From the NCBI RefSeq assembly GCF_004010195.1, contig NC_057720.1:14355729-14407856 (forward strand): a DNA stretch of 52,128 nucleotides, written 5' to 3'. This document shows positions 1 to 12,275 of the stretch, in pieces (within the stretch, counting starts at the first letter, position 1; every line of letters begins with the position of its first letter). The translations under genes were made by a program, and so were the position numbers. The notes under the pieces are model-generated. The model had not been told where the DNA came from. It worked only from the letters and a program-made list of their open reading frames with translations, and made no database searches. This DNA is from Chiloscyllium plagiosum (Eukaryota).

Positions 1-617
1 CTGTGATGAGAAAATCACATTAATTCTTGTGGCACTTGGGTAACAATTTAAATCCCTGCCATTTAACTGGAATAAACAAGATCTTGTTTCATTTGAATCT
101 GGAAATGAAATGAGCTTTGGGTATTGGACTGAAATAAAATGAATAAAGTCTTTGCAGAATTTCAACCACTTATTAACTGCCATTATGTTTGTATGCTGAG
201 GTGGAGGGGGGGGGGGTGGTGATAAATGAAAAATGGGCACTCTCAGGCAAATAAATACATTTTAAAATCCTTCCTGTTTATAATACACCAACTAAAAAAA
301 ATAGACTTTTCAAAAGACTCAATGGATATTTTTGCTAATGAGAAATTCAATTTTCACTGGAGTTCACTAAAAACATTCTCTTTGCTGCACTCAGTTTAAA
401 TGTGAAGAAACTTGAGTAACTTATTATAAATTACTTCTACCATAAACTTGCAGCTCTATCTCCGTATCTATTAATTTCCTCAGAACCCAAAATGTTATTG
501 TCCTCTAACTTGAGTACACTCAAAGATGGTGAACTCGTAGATCTATGAGGTAAAGAGCAAACTTTTATTTCTTTTAGTGTCGGATCCTTTTAGTAATAGA
601 AAACCATTCTCTTCAAT

Positions 618-1594
618 GTTAAAAATCACACACACCAGGTTATAGTCCAACAGGTTTAATTGGAAGCACTAACTTTGGGAGTGACGTTCCTTCATCAGGT
701 GATAGTGGAACATAAGACATAGAATTTATAGCAAAAGGTTATGTCATGCGGCTGAAATATATAAAACAAACTTAGATTAAATCTTTCATCTTTTAGCATT
801 GTTTTGCCTCATTTCGGTTCATTAATATGTAAATCCCAGAACTCCTTTTAAGTCATATTCTCAAGATAACTCCAAGTTTTCTAACAAAAGGTGTCATCTC
901 AGCTCAGACAATGCTTTAAAGGTGTGAGGTTAAAGTCTGTCTGTGTCCCAATCTTGAGTCAGACTGGTTTTATTTTTAAAGTGTGCTTTACAGAATCTTA
1001 CATGAATTGACTGTACATTATGTATTTTCGAACAAAATAAAATATAATTCTGCAAATACATTCACCCCATAAATGTGTGTGTGTGTGTGCGCGTGCGCGC
1101 AGGAGAGACAGAGTGTGTGTATGTGAGTGTGTGCATGTGGGTGTGAGTGCATGTGAGAGAGTGTTTGTATAAGTGTGGTAAAGTATGTGTGTGAGTGTGA
1201 TGGGGTATAAGCCTGTGAGAGGATGCAAGCGTGCTTGGGTGTGAGTGTGGGGAGTGTATGTGTGTACATGTGAGAGAGAGCTTGTGTATGAGAGAGGGTC
1301 TGTGTTAGTGTGTGTATGTGTGTGTTTTTCTATGGGAGTGAATGTATAGTGCAGTGGGGCCACCTGTAGTGTGAACAAGACTTAACCTAAGTTTGTTTAA
1401 TATATTTCAGCCGCATGACACTGTAACCTTTTGCTATAAATTCTGTGTCTTATGGTCCTGCTCCACAACCACCTGATGAAGGAGCAGCACTTCGAAAGCT
1501 GGTGCTTCCAAATAAACCTGTTGGACTATAACCTGGTGTTGTTTGACTTTTTAACTTTGTCCACCCCAGTCCAACACCGGCACCTCCAAATCAT
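618..1594. mobile_element. Non-autonomous Penelope-like element with inverted terminal arms (618-780 vs 1382-1555) around a TG-rich core
   Basis: Arms are reverse complements (ccaggttatagtccaacaggttt / aaacctgttggactataacctgg). Each arm holds a decayed hammerhead core (CTGATGA 1473-1479, GAAA 1494-1497). The right arm continues into a tail ending ...ccggcacctccaaatcat. Confidence 0.7.
1075..1325. repeat. Degenerate (TG)n/(GA)n microsatellite inside the PLE
   Basis: Direct reading of the sequence. Confidence 0.9.
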
Positions 1595-1649
1595 GCTGTG
1601 CAATGGGCATTGTTTTGCATGGCCTTCCTTGGTCAAAGCTGAAACTTTA

Positions 1650-1720
1650 TTGCTGGAACAGCACAGCAGGTCAGGCAGCATCTAGGGAACAGAAGATTCG
1701 ACGTTTCGGGCACAAACCCT
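1650..1720 (-). mobile_element. PLE terminal-repeat fragment
   Basis: tgctggaacagcacagcaggtcaggcagcatc...gacgtttcgggcacaaaccc matches the arm at 4270-4350. Confidence 0.75.
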
Positions 1721-1834
1721 AGGCCAACAAAGTAAACAACATTTGGAGAAAATAACATCGAAGCTATCAGGAATCACCTTATTTTTGACTCTTTCATCTC
1801 ACTATAACCAAATTTTATCCCTTCTTTTGGTTCT

Positions 1835-2720
1835 TTTATAACATGTGGACCTGGCTAGCTACAGTCAGCATTTATTGGCCATCTGTAATTATCCTGGAAC
1901 GGTTGGTGAGCTGCCTTATTAATACACCACAAAGATGCAAGGAAAGTAGGTCTTGGATTTTGACTGCAGCGAAGAAGGAACAACAATATGTTGTTGCAGC
2001 ATAGTAGCTCAGTGGTTAGCTCTGCTATCTCACAGCACAGAGGATCTGGGTTCGATTCCAGACTTGGGTGATTGTCTATGTGGAGTTTGCACATTCTCCC
2101 CGTGTCTGCATAGGTTTCCTCCCACAGTCCAGGATGTGCAGGTTAGGTAGATTGGTCATGCTAAATTGCCCATAGTGTGCAGACTAGGTGGATTAAACCT
2201 GGGACATGTGAGATTACAGGGATAGGGTAGGAGGTGTGTCTGGGTGCAATGCTGTTCGGAGGGTTGGTGTGGACTTGATGGGCTGAATGACCTGCTTCCA
2301 TGCAGTAAAGATTTTATGATTTCCAAGTCAGGATGGTGAGTGACTTGGAAGGGAAATTACACGTGGTGGCATTCCCATGTGTCTGCTGTTGTGCGCTTCT
2401 AACTGGTAGTGTTTTGGGGTTTGGAAAGTGCTGTTAAAGTAACCTTGATGTGTTACTCCATTACATCTGCAGATAATACAAACTGCTGCCACTAAGTTTC
2501 AATGGTAGGGGGAGTGGTGGTTGAAGGTTGTGGATAGGTTGTCAATCTAGCATCATAGATGGTGTTATTGGACCTGCACTCATCCAGGTAAGTGTAGAGA
2601 GTTCCACCACACCGTTGACTTGTAGAAAGTGGGCAAACTTTGGGGATTCAGGAGATGGGTTGCTCACTACAGAATTCCCAACTTCTGCCTTGCTATTGTG
2701 ATACAATATCTATGAATTTC
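1835..2720 (-). mobile_element. L2/Crack-like LINE 3' portion, split by a SINE
   Basis: Reverse complement matches the copies at 11003-11545 and 27113-27540 (tgacttggaagggaa..., catttattggccatc). Confidence 0.6.
1996..2320 (+). mobile_element. HE1-type (V-SINE) tRNA-derived SINE
   Basis: A box tagctcagtgg, B box ggttcgattcc, central gtctatgtggagtttgcacattctcc, CR1-like tail. Confidence 0.85.
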
Positions 2721-3587
2721 AAGGTGAGGGAGATAGTCCAGGGGTACAGACTCAGCTCCCATTTTGCCACATGAAGATTCCTTATTGATTCAACTCTTTG
2801 CTGTAAGCGGGAAATAAGTCATTAAGTTTGAAGTAAAAGAAGCTTGTTCTCAAAATTGCCATTCACCTGTCCTGCTGATCAGAAGACAGCACAAGGAATC
2901 CATTGATAAATCCTTCTATCGCCAGCCCCTTGAACTAAGCCCCACAATGACAAAAAAAAATGGTAAGCAGCATTAGTTAGGGAAACAATCAGACCACAAG
3001 CTGCAACATGAGAGTGCAGAACCCTCCCACGGTATTTTGGCTCAATTACTAACTCCCAGTGGAGATGACAGAGACCTAACCCAAGACCTGCCCTGGGGCT
3101 AAGAAGGTCATGGTCTAGTTTAGAACCACTGTTGTCAACAGATTTCCTCTTCCCTGCTTAAGCTGATCAAGTTACCTGGGACAGGATCTCTCTAAGCAAT
3201 CCGATGAGTGACAAACATGACTATGAGCCTCCAAACTGGAGGTGGCTGTTAAAGGCTTGTTTTCTGTTGGAGAACTTCAAAGGACAGCTTCTGTGTTTCC
3301 CAGTGGGAATTTAATGTATAGAGACAGCAACGTAACAGTAATTGCAAATATTCATTTCACATATTAAAGAGATGGTTCATGGTTTTGTCTTCAGACATGT
3401 AGAAAACATTGTGATATAACACACCATTGCTGATTTGAACAGTTATTCTGTTTCATGTTATAATAAGTAGGTCATCTTCTGAGGTTACTCACATTCCCTG
3501 CCAGCCTCAAAATAAAGACAAATGTGTCAGCAATGAGAGGGAAACCATGGACCTGAAAATGCAACAAACAAGTGCCGATAAGAAGAA

Positions 3588-3915
3588 AATCTTGCATTAA
3601 TGTAGCTCCATTCTGAACTTCAGGATATCCCAAAATACTTTACAGCCAATAAATTACTTTTGAGGTATTGTCACTGCTGCAATATAGGAATCTTGGCTGC
3701 CAATTTATGCACAGAGAGCAACACGTGATAATGATGAGGTAATCTGTTGTTATGGGTTTAGTGAAGGGCAAATATTGGCCAGGACCCCAGAGACGACATT
3801 TTGTAATACTGTCATGAGACTATTTCTATCCGCCCAAGAGAACAGACAGTGCCTCAGTTTAACATCCCACATTGCAGTGCTCCTTCAATACTACAGAGAA
3901 ATGCCCGCTAAGTTT
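3588..3915 (-). mobile_element. Deu-domain SINE (SacSINE1/AmnSINE-like), decayed
   Basis: Reverse complement contains gtcctggccaatatttgccc, acagattacctcatcattatcac, aaattggcagcc and attggctgtaaagtattttggga, as in recalled DeuSINE consensus motifs. Confidence 0.7.
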
Positions 3916-4326
3916 CTGACATTTTCTGCCCTCCAGAAGTTATGTTTTTGGGCCTGACCTTTTTTGAGGATAAAGGGATGAATTTGTTACTTCAGCTAAA
4001 GAAAATGTCTGACCTCGTTTCTTGACAGCTGAGCCGCCTCATAATGTTTACCTCAAACGAGTAGAAGTAGCCGACCTGTCGCTTTGAAAGTGAGGAGGTT
4101 CTGAATCATAAAGGAGTTACAGGTCTTTCCAATTTGGGAGAATCTGCTGGAGGAGGGGTGTGGGAAGAAAACTGAGGTAGATAACAGTTTGAGTAAATGC
4201 CTTCTATGGCCCAACTTCATTTGAATTGAGGAGAAAGTGAGGTCTGCAGATGCTGGAGATCAGAGCTGGAAATGTGTTGCTGGAAAAGCGCAGCAGGTCA
4301 GGCAGCATCTAGGGAACAGGAGAATC

Positions 4327-4354
4327 GACGTTTCGGGCATTAGCCCTTCTTCAG
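4327..4354 (-). ncRNA. Minimal type I hammerhead ribozyme core (mirror copy)
   Basis: Identical core on the minus strand. Confidence 0.75.
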
Positions 4355-4363
4355 GAATCATTC

Positions 4364-4391
4364 CTGAAGAAGGGCTAATGCCCGAAACGTC
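4364..4391 (+). ncRNA. Minimal type I hammerhead ribozyme core
   Basis: CUGAAGA-A-GGGC(UAAU)GCCC-GAAA-CGUC; predicted cleavage after GUC at 4391. Confidence 0.75.
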
Positions 4392-5014
4392 GATTCTCCT
4401 GTTCCCTAGATGCTACCTGACCTGATGCGCTTTTCCAGCAACACATTTCCAGCTTCATTTGAATTGAGACCTGCAGACTATTCATTTGTTTTGCCCTCAA
4501 AGAGTGTTATTCTCTGAGTAGGATGTGAGAGGAGGACATCATGAAGTGTTCAGAAAGCAGTTGGATACAAGATTGTGCAACATGGAAGGTGAACTTTATG
4601 GGCTGAATTTCCTCCCACTCTACCCCTCCTTTATCTTTTTCTTACACTTCTTATGTTTATAATAATATTAGAGGTTAAAAGCTGTATTTAAAAATCAATC
4701 TTAATTAACTTTTTAGAATCAAAATTCGCAGTAGGATAAAGGTCACTGAATAAATATTAATTAACTACAAGAGAAACCTTGAGTAGAATTCCCTTATTGT
4801 AAATTCAATTATGGTTATCAACCTTCCATTAGAACAACTTTGGCTCCACCCCGGCTAAATCTGCAATATATTCAGTCACAAAGTTAAAGCCTTTTGCAAC
4901 CACATGACAACCCAGTGCTCCTTACAGCAAATTAAATACTATTGAATTGTCATCACTGGTTTACACTTGGAAAAACACCAACTCATGTGCAGACAGTCTT
5001 ATCCCATGAGTAAG

Positions 5015-5250
5015 GATGTGATAATGACCAGAGACTTTATTTGAGGAATAACTATTGGGAAGAACTAACTTCCCTGCTCTTTGAATAATACTGTTGTATT
5101 CTGGTGAAAAGCACTCAATTCAACAGTGAATTCAATAGCTCACTCTCAGTAGTGGACTGGACTGACAACTTGAATAGAGTCTTCAACTGCCTGGTGTGTG
5201 GTTGAACCCACAACCTTTGCACTCATAGTCAAGAAGACTACCCACTAGTG
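5015..5250 (-). mobile_element. Deu-domain SINE fragment, highly decayed
   Basis: gtgataatgaccaga and aacttccctgctctttgaataata resemble 3720-3810 and the DeuSINE consensus. Confidence 0.45.
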
Positions 5251-7425
5251 TCAGCAGTCATTGCAGTAAGGAGTAAGAGGAAACTACTTTGCTGAGTCCA
5301 CAGCTTTATAATATAGTTTGACAGATGACTTACTTCATAAAAAACACAGCTTAAATGCCCAGATTCCTGTTACATGAGTGAAGCCCTATCATGCTTTCTC
5401 TCAATTAGACATCTTTAAACAGAAGTCTTGACAAGCAGTGCATTTTATCCAGCCTATCTTTTCAGCAGCTTTTTGTTAAGAATAGACTATTTGATCCAAA
5501 TGAAAATTTCAAACTGGTGAATAGGATCTTCTGGAGCTTTTATATTACTAACATCAAACATGTTGGACTTTTGTCTAAAATGATACTAGTAGTGGGCAAG
5601 GCAATTAGAGATGTTAAAAAGATACATTGCTTTGAATTGTATTGTATCCATTTTATCTCTGAAACTACATTGTGTTTATCAGCCACCTTTTAGCAGGAAC
5701 ATCTATTACACAAGCTTAGTTACGGTATCCATATATATATATAAAATATTTTATATCTTTAAGTCACAAACATTTTTAATACTTTAAACTCTTGTAGCTA
5801 GTGAACAGGTCTGCCAAAGGAATTTGTGGTACCTTATCTGTATTCATCCTTTTCTACAAATGTATTCTTTTCATTTGAAGTTCTAAATGTGTACCTATCA
5901 TTCAAAGCACACTTACTCTCAATACGCTTTCACATTATAATTTAATTACTTTTTGATCATAGGATGTAGGCATCACACGCTATGTAAGACAGATAAAATT
6001 ATCACCCACAGCCTTATACCATTTAGCATAGTTTTAAAAGTGTCATCTTTTAGGTTCCATAACCCTGACACTATATATAATTTCCTATTGCATTTCCAAT
6101 AAAGTAAATCTAGCTAAAACTGTACTGTCTGACCTTTGGATTAATAGCACAGCCTCTTGGCTGTCACGCTAATAGAGGGCTTGGGGAATTGGAACGACTC
6201 ATCTGGTAGTGATAGAATTTCTTCTTTTGTCTTTCTTTGGGCACTAATGGCTTTTTGTCAGTGCCTTTCACTCAATTTGTGACACATGTACCTTCTCCAC
6301 TTCAATTGTCCATTTACGTCTTGCACTAAGACGAAACAAAAACGCACTTTAAAAAAATCTTTGGACGAAAATGAGCAATTTATATTTCTCTAAACTCCAA
6401 TGCTTCAAGGATTCGGGGGAAGCGTTATAATATTTGTTAGAGCTTATTCTCCAGTTTCTTTACTTTCAGTAATTTTGACAGCGTTGAAGACCCATGTCGC
6501 AATTTTACACAGCCCTGAACTAAAGCCTAGCTTCCATGCATGAATCTGGCAGAATTGGGCATAGATGTGAAACCTCCTACAGGTGAATAGTTCACTAATA
6601 TAGTTTAAAGTTCACACATGAAAACGTGAGCAAGGTACTAGCAGGAATCCATGGAACCTGAATGGAACCAAATCTTTAGAAGAGGAATGGGAACAAAAGG
6701 GAAAGGAAAGAAAATAATAAAATTAAAGCAAAGTTACAATAAAAGACATTTATCGCTGCTATACCTCTCAACTATTCTAAATGAACTGAACAGTGAGCTT
6801 ATCATATTTTTTACAAAACTGATTTTATTTCAAAAATAAATAGCATCCCTTAACTTAATCTTGTTGCTGCACAAATTGTGTTTATTATGCTAATGAAACA
6901 TGAAATCTAGATAAGACCTCAATGCCAGTGGATGTAATTAATGAGTCTTATGATGGCAGTAACCTGTAATTTATTTCTACGCAAATAATCTTCATTTACT
7001 GTTTCAGGCATCTTTGCAATACTGATTTATAGAGTCTAATAGTTATTCTTAAAGATGTTCTTTTCTCAGCATGGCCTGTCTATAAAATTAAACATCTCAT
7101 TATACTAAACACTTTGCTCATAATTAATATTGGTTTGAGCTGATGTTTAATATGTGTCTTTTGGTAGTTTCATGTAAGCATCAGTTTAATCAACAAAAAA
7201 GTGTTAGGGGGTTGGGAGAGGTGGAGAATAATATGAATTTGGGAGCAACAAGGCATTTGAGCACAAAATATTAATGAGTGACATATATCATTGAAGAGAT
7301 ATATGAATAGATTGGGGTTTATAATCAAGTTTTGATTTATACTTTAGAATTTGTCCACTTGAGTCCCAGGACTAAGCCTCCAATCTGCATGTGTCAAAGG
7401 GTCCTGGGCAGAGGACCTTATAATC

Positions 7426-7729
7426 AGCATGGTGGCACAGTGGTTAGCACTGTTGCCTCACAGCGCCAGAGACCCGGGTTCAATTCCCGCCTCAGGCGAC
7501 TGACTGTGGAGTTTGCATATTCTCCCTGTGTCTGCGTGGGTTTTCTCCGGGTGCTCCGGTTTCCTCCGACAGTCCAAAAAGTGTGCAGATTAGGTGAATT
7601 GGCCATTCTAAATTGCCCATAGTGTTAGGTGTAGGGGAATGGGTCTGGGTGGGTTGTCCTTCAGCGGGTCGGTGTGGACTTGTTGGGCTGAAGGGCCTGT
7701 TTCCACACTGTAAGTAATCTAATCTAATC
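7426..7729 (+). mobile_element. HE1-type SINE, full length
   Basis: A/B boxes (tggcacagtgg, ggttcaattcc), V-domain-like centre, tail ...gggcctgtttccacactgtaagt(aatct)n. Confidence 0.9.
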
Positions 7730-7872
7730 ACAACGGATTTAACCAAAGGAAAGGAAGCATGTGACATTCCAACAATCACTGGAGTAACTTGTGTATCCAT
7801 GTAGATAGATTGCTAAGATGTCATTGAAAGATATCTAAAATGTTAAAATAATACTGACATATTTATGAAGAG

Positions 7873-8067
7873 TCTAGATTAGAGTGTTGCTGGAAAAGCA
7901 CAACAGGTCAGGCAGCATCCGAGAAGCAGGAAAATCGACGTTTCGGGCAAAAGTCCTTCATCAGGAATTTTCTGCTCCTCGGATGCTGCCTGGCCTGCTG
8001 TGCTTTTCCAGCGCCACTCTAATCTAGACTCTGATCTCCAGCATCTGCAGCCCTCACTTTTGCCTAC
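7873..8067. mobile_element. PLE-derived hairpin element with 15-bp TSD; one hammerhead core (7937-7964, minus strand)
   Basis: TSD catatttatgaagag at 7858-7872 and 8068-8082; inverted arms; minus core CUGAUGA-A-GGAC(UUUU)GCCC-GAAA-CGUC. Confidence 0.88.
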
Positions 8068-8677
8068 CATATTTATGAAGAGCGCTAGACTGTATGCAGT
8101 TAGATATGATACTTTAGTTATAAAAGTCCCTGGTTAGACATGGTGTCACTGTGAGCAAGTCTGGGCTTCACATTTTAATAGGGAAGGTATATTGATTTTG
8201 AATGTAAGAGAATGATACCCGGGTTGAAATTTTCATTTTTGGAATTAAAGTATGATTCCAAGTGAGATAAATATCACCACTTCTGAAACAGCCCAGGATG
8301 AATGATTTCACACAAGCCCATGCTTGGCACTTTACAATCTATGCAAATGAGACATAGCTTGAGTTTGTCCAACCACAGAAGGCAAGATTCTTATCCAAGC
8401 CAGGACCTTCCAGTCACAGGTGTTGGTGCTATAGTTAAAGGCCAGTTGAACACAACTTCTCTCAGAGGAGCCTCCAGGAATGTGGTCACCTCCAATCCCA
8501 TAGAAGATGCCTCCAAAGACCCAGAAACTGTGTTTTAATGAGTCATTGTTACAGATCTTACTGAATAGAGTAATTCACTTTTCAGGGATTGGCACCACAA
8601 TGATTCCATCCTATCAAAGCTGTCTGTCCTAGACTGAGACAACAGTGCAGGTCCACGCCTGTGGCTCTCACAAGCAC

Positions 8678-8769
8678 AAGATTAGAGTGGTGCTGGAAAA
8701 GCACAGCAGGTCAGGGAGCATCCGAGGAACAGGAAAATTGACATTTCAGGCAAAAGCCCTTCATCAGGA
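8678..8769 (-). mobile_element. Solo PLE terminal fragment with probable 14-bp TSD
   Basis: Same arm family; flanks gctctc(a/c)caagcac at 8664-8677 and 8772-8785. Confidence 0.8.
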
Positions 8770-9231
8770 GTGCTCTCCCAAGCACTCCAAGCAGCAAAAG
8801 ACACCGATTTACTATGCTCCACAAGAGGACGTAGAACTATCTACTCTTTGCGAGCTCATCCTTGGAGAGGCATCACTCACTCTCTATCACTGCACAGGAA
8901 TCTAATAAAGAATTTTTGATTGAATTCAAAATGCATACCAGGATTTGAACCCTGATCCCTGGAACATTACCTTGCTTGCTGGATTAATATCACATGGACT
9001 TTGGCTCCCCAGCAACCGACATGTTTGTATTCATGCACATCTGAGAAGGGTAGATTGGGTTGTCATTTACTGGCTGCTTGGATTGTTCCTGTCTACCCAT
9101 AATCACAGGAATGGTCCTGTGATTATGATCCTTTCTATGGAAAGCTGCATTGCCCACTCCTCAAAGGTGGTGAGGTTGCCTCTGAACCCCTCTGTTGGTC
9201 TTCACCCTCTCCACACTTGTTCTCAGCAAGA

Positions 9232-9330
9232 GCAAAGAAGGGTCACTGGACTTGAAACATTGACCATGTTTTCTCTCTGCAGATGCTTGCAGGACCTGCA
9301 GAGTTTCTCCAGCAATTTCTGTGTTTGTTT
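9232..9330 (+). mobile_element. Older PLE terminal fragment (second family)
   Basis: gaagggtcactggacttgaaacattgac...cagatgc...gacctgcagagtttctccagca, similar to 36941 and 41552. Confidence 0.6.
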
Positions 9331-10398
9331 AAGCATAGTATTGTGTCCAATAGCAATGAGTACCTTGCGAGTGCGAGTAAATACTGTGAGCAGGAGAGCT
9401 GAACCCAGAAAGTGAGTAGAAATTGCAGTTTCCTGGAGAGGTGGCTAGCTTGCATGTGGATCATCATTGAAGGACCTGGGTTGTCCACATATACACCTTG
9501 TGGGAGCAACCGCAGAATCTGTCACATATTCGCAGAATCCAGGAGGGAAAGATTGTCACATGTTGGGCCTTCTCAAGCCAAGGCTTAATGCTCAAAGGTA
9601 AAACATTTAGGGTTGTGAGGATGTCAATGGTGCAATCACATGTCAAAATTTCATGATTATGGAATCGAATAAAGAGAAGAGCTGAAAACATTCTAGCCTA
9701 AGTAGTAGAATCATTGTCAGTCAACATACTTAGACAATGAAAGGGTCCAGTGAAAGACCATTGCATTGTGCAGCACTGCATTAATACCAAGGAGCAGTCT
9801 CATGGCCAGGACAATCTGTAGACCTCATTCAGGAGTGGTCTTTCTTATGTCACTCCCATGTCCATGACAGAAGGACCATTTTAAGGCAACCATGCTGGAG
9901 AGTGTGATCATGGAATTGCTCAATGAATCACAGTTTCCTTAACGTTAAGGTCAGTCCAGAGCAAGGTTTTCTGTATTCTTTTGCTAAGCACACAGAGGTG
10001 AGATCAAAACCAGAGAAGAAAGAAAAAGTCACCATTTTAATGCACAGATAAATCACAGCTAAATTCTTGAGGAATGTCAGATACAGCAAGCAGAGGTCAA
10101 CAACCAATCCGATAAAAGAAAACACCATGTACAGAAAATGTCCCTGGACAGTTCAGTTATACTGGAAGTGGATCACTATGAGGTTGTGTCTGGCCTCTTT
10201 GACTTCGCCTGTCTTTCTCAGCCCTTTGATGATGACTCTTCAGCCCACTCCTGTGCCCACTACAGGCTGTGCTACTGCTGTCATCTTATATGGTGATTGT
10301 TCAAAGGCAGTAGGACCATAAGGAGAATGATAGGGTTGATCTGTGCCATTGTCCTTTTGCCTTCAGGAGAGGTGTGAGAACATCAAGTGACAGCATGT

Positions 10399-10826
10399 AG
10401 TCATAGAGATGTACAGCATGGAAACAGACCCTTCAGTCCAATTTGTCCATGCCGACCAAATATCGCAAACTAATCTTGTCCCATTTGCCAGCACTTGGCC
10501 CATATCATTCTAAGTCCTTCCTATTCATATACACAGCCTCCATCACTTCCTCTGGCAGCTCATTCCATATGCGCACCACCCTCTGCGTGAAAATGTTATC
10601 CCTTAGGTCCCTTTTAAATTTTTCCCCTCTCACACTCAACCAATGCCCTCTAGTTCTGGACATCTTCACCCCAGGAAAAAGACCTTGTCTATTTATCTTA
10701 TCCATGGCTCTCATGATTTTATAAGAGTCTATAAGGTCATCCCTTGGCCTCCGACGCTCCAAAGAAAACAGCCCCAGCCTATTCAGGCTCTCCCTATAGC
10801 TCAAGCCATCCAACCCTGTAAATCTT
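10399..10826 (-). mobile_element. CR1/HER1 LINE 3' end
   Basis: ORF 10505..10813 gives LSYRESLNRLGLFSLERRR...FTQRVVRIWNELP; ctatgact tail. Confidence 0.92.
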
Positions 10827-11002
10827 TTAACATTTTATTCCTAACACCCTTCCCCATGATTGATGCACAATGGTCAGCTGAACATTATTTAAATTTGGTC
10901 TAAAAATGTCTTAATATGGCTTTGGTATGAAGTAGGTGCCAGAACACCCCACACCCTACTCCATCAGTCCTCCCCTGATACACTTGTGTGTGTAATATTT
11001 GC

Positions 11003-11545
11003 CCTGGGAATTACCATTGACCAGAAACTGAACTAGACCAGGGCAGCCATATAGGTACTGTGGTTATAAAAACAGGGAATTCTGTGACAAGTAACTCACC
11101 TCTTGATCCATTTGTCTGAATGAACACAGCTCCAAAGAAACTCAACACCATCTTTGAAAAAATAACTTATGGGACTGGCATCTCATCCACTTCCATTCTT
11201 CACTCCCTCCACCACCAAAACACAGTACCAACAGTGTGTTTAGGAACTGCAGAATTCACTAAAGCTCTTTAGACAGCACCCTCCAAATCTGCAAACTCTA
11301 CCAGCTAGGGCAGCAAATGCATGAGAACACCATCAGCTGCAAGTTCCCCTCCAAGTCACACACACACCATCTTGATTTGGAAAAATACCAATATTCCTTC
11401 AGCATCAGTGGGTAAAGATTCTGGAACGCTCTCCATAATAGCACTGTAGGTGTACCCATCCCCAATGGGCTTAGAATTTCAAGAAGGCAAGAGACCACCA
11501 TCTCTTCAAGGGCAAACAGGGACGAGAGTGAGTGAATAGAAAATT
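11003..11545 (+). mobile_element. L2/Crack-like LINE 3' portion
   Basis: Decayed RT C-terminus (ITIDQKLN.T; SLHHQNTV; WNALHNSTVGVP). Confidence 0.7.
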
Positions 11546-12230
11546 AAATATCTTAAGATCTATCAAGTGTGCCATTATGTACGTATATGGAGCTTATAAA
11601 AGATTTTACAACAAAATATCCCCTTTTAAGAATCTGTAGAATGGAATTTGATACTAACATCACTAATGTGTGTGGACGAACCTATGAGTTATTTATTCTT
11701 GCTAATTCAGGATGAGATAGGACAGATGATTGACAGGTAGTCATCCATAATAACCTATTGATCTGCACCAATGTACTTTATGTCTAAGCTGCTATTAGGT
11801 AATTTCACACTTTCCTAACAGGAGACTATTATCTGATCTTCTAGTTCATGATGCCACTGCTCAATTGTGAAATTGATGCTGTAACATTTAATGATTTCAC
11901 AGTTCCACAAGGAGAGGTTTAGACATTCAAAGCTTTATGATGTCATGGACAGGTTAACTCATCCACATTCTGTTGGGTTCTGGAGGCTGCCAACATGTAA
12001 GTTGGCTCAATGTGCATTGATGAAAAGTGTGGTGCTGGAAAAGCGTAGCAGGCCGGGTAGCATCCGAGGAGCAAGAGAATCGACGTTTTGGGCATGAGCC
12101 CGTCTTCAGGAGTGAGGCTGGTGTGCCAAGCGGGCTGAGATAAAAGGTGTGTGTGGGGGGGGGGGATTTGGGGGAGGGCCGCTGGGAATACGATAGGTGG
12201 AAGGAAGTGAGGGTGAAAATACCCTCATTC

Positions 12231-12258
12231 CTGATGAAGGGCTTTTGCCTGAAACGTC
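12231..12258 (+). ncRNA. Minimal hammerhead ribozyme core
   Basis: CUGAUGA-A-GGGC(UUUU)GCCU-GAAA-CGUC. Confidence 0.65.
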
Positions 12259-12275
12259 AATTTTACTGCTCCTCG

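Larger units (their letters stand above)
4231..4452. mobile_element. PLE-derived hairpin element with 16-bp TSD
   Basis: Arms 4264-4358 and 4360-4454 match at 93/95 positions. TSD cttcatttgaattgag at 4215-4230 and 4453-4468. Confidence 0.9.

Noticed and set aside
998..1378. 126-aa and 83-aa His/Thr-rich ORFs
   Set aside because: Translation of the (CA)n microsatellite.
4231..4452. Hairpin read as a miRNA precursor or DNA-transposon MITE
   Set aside because: Arms are asymmetric at one end, TSD lengths vary between copies and the same arm adjoins a PLE RT, which fits a Penelope origin better.
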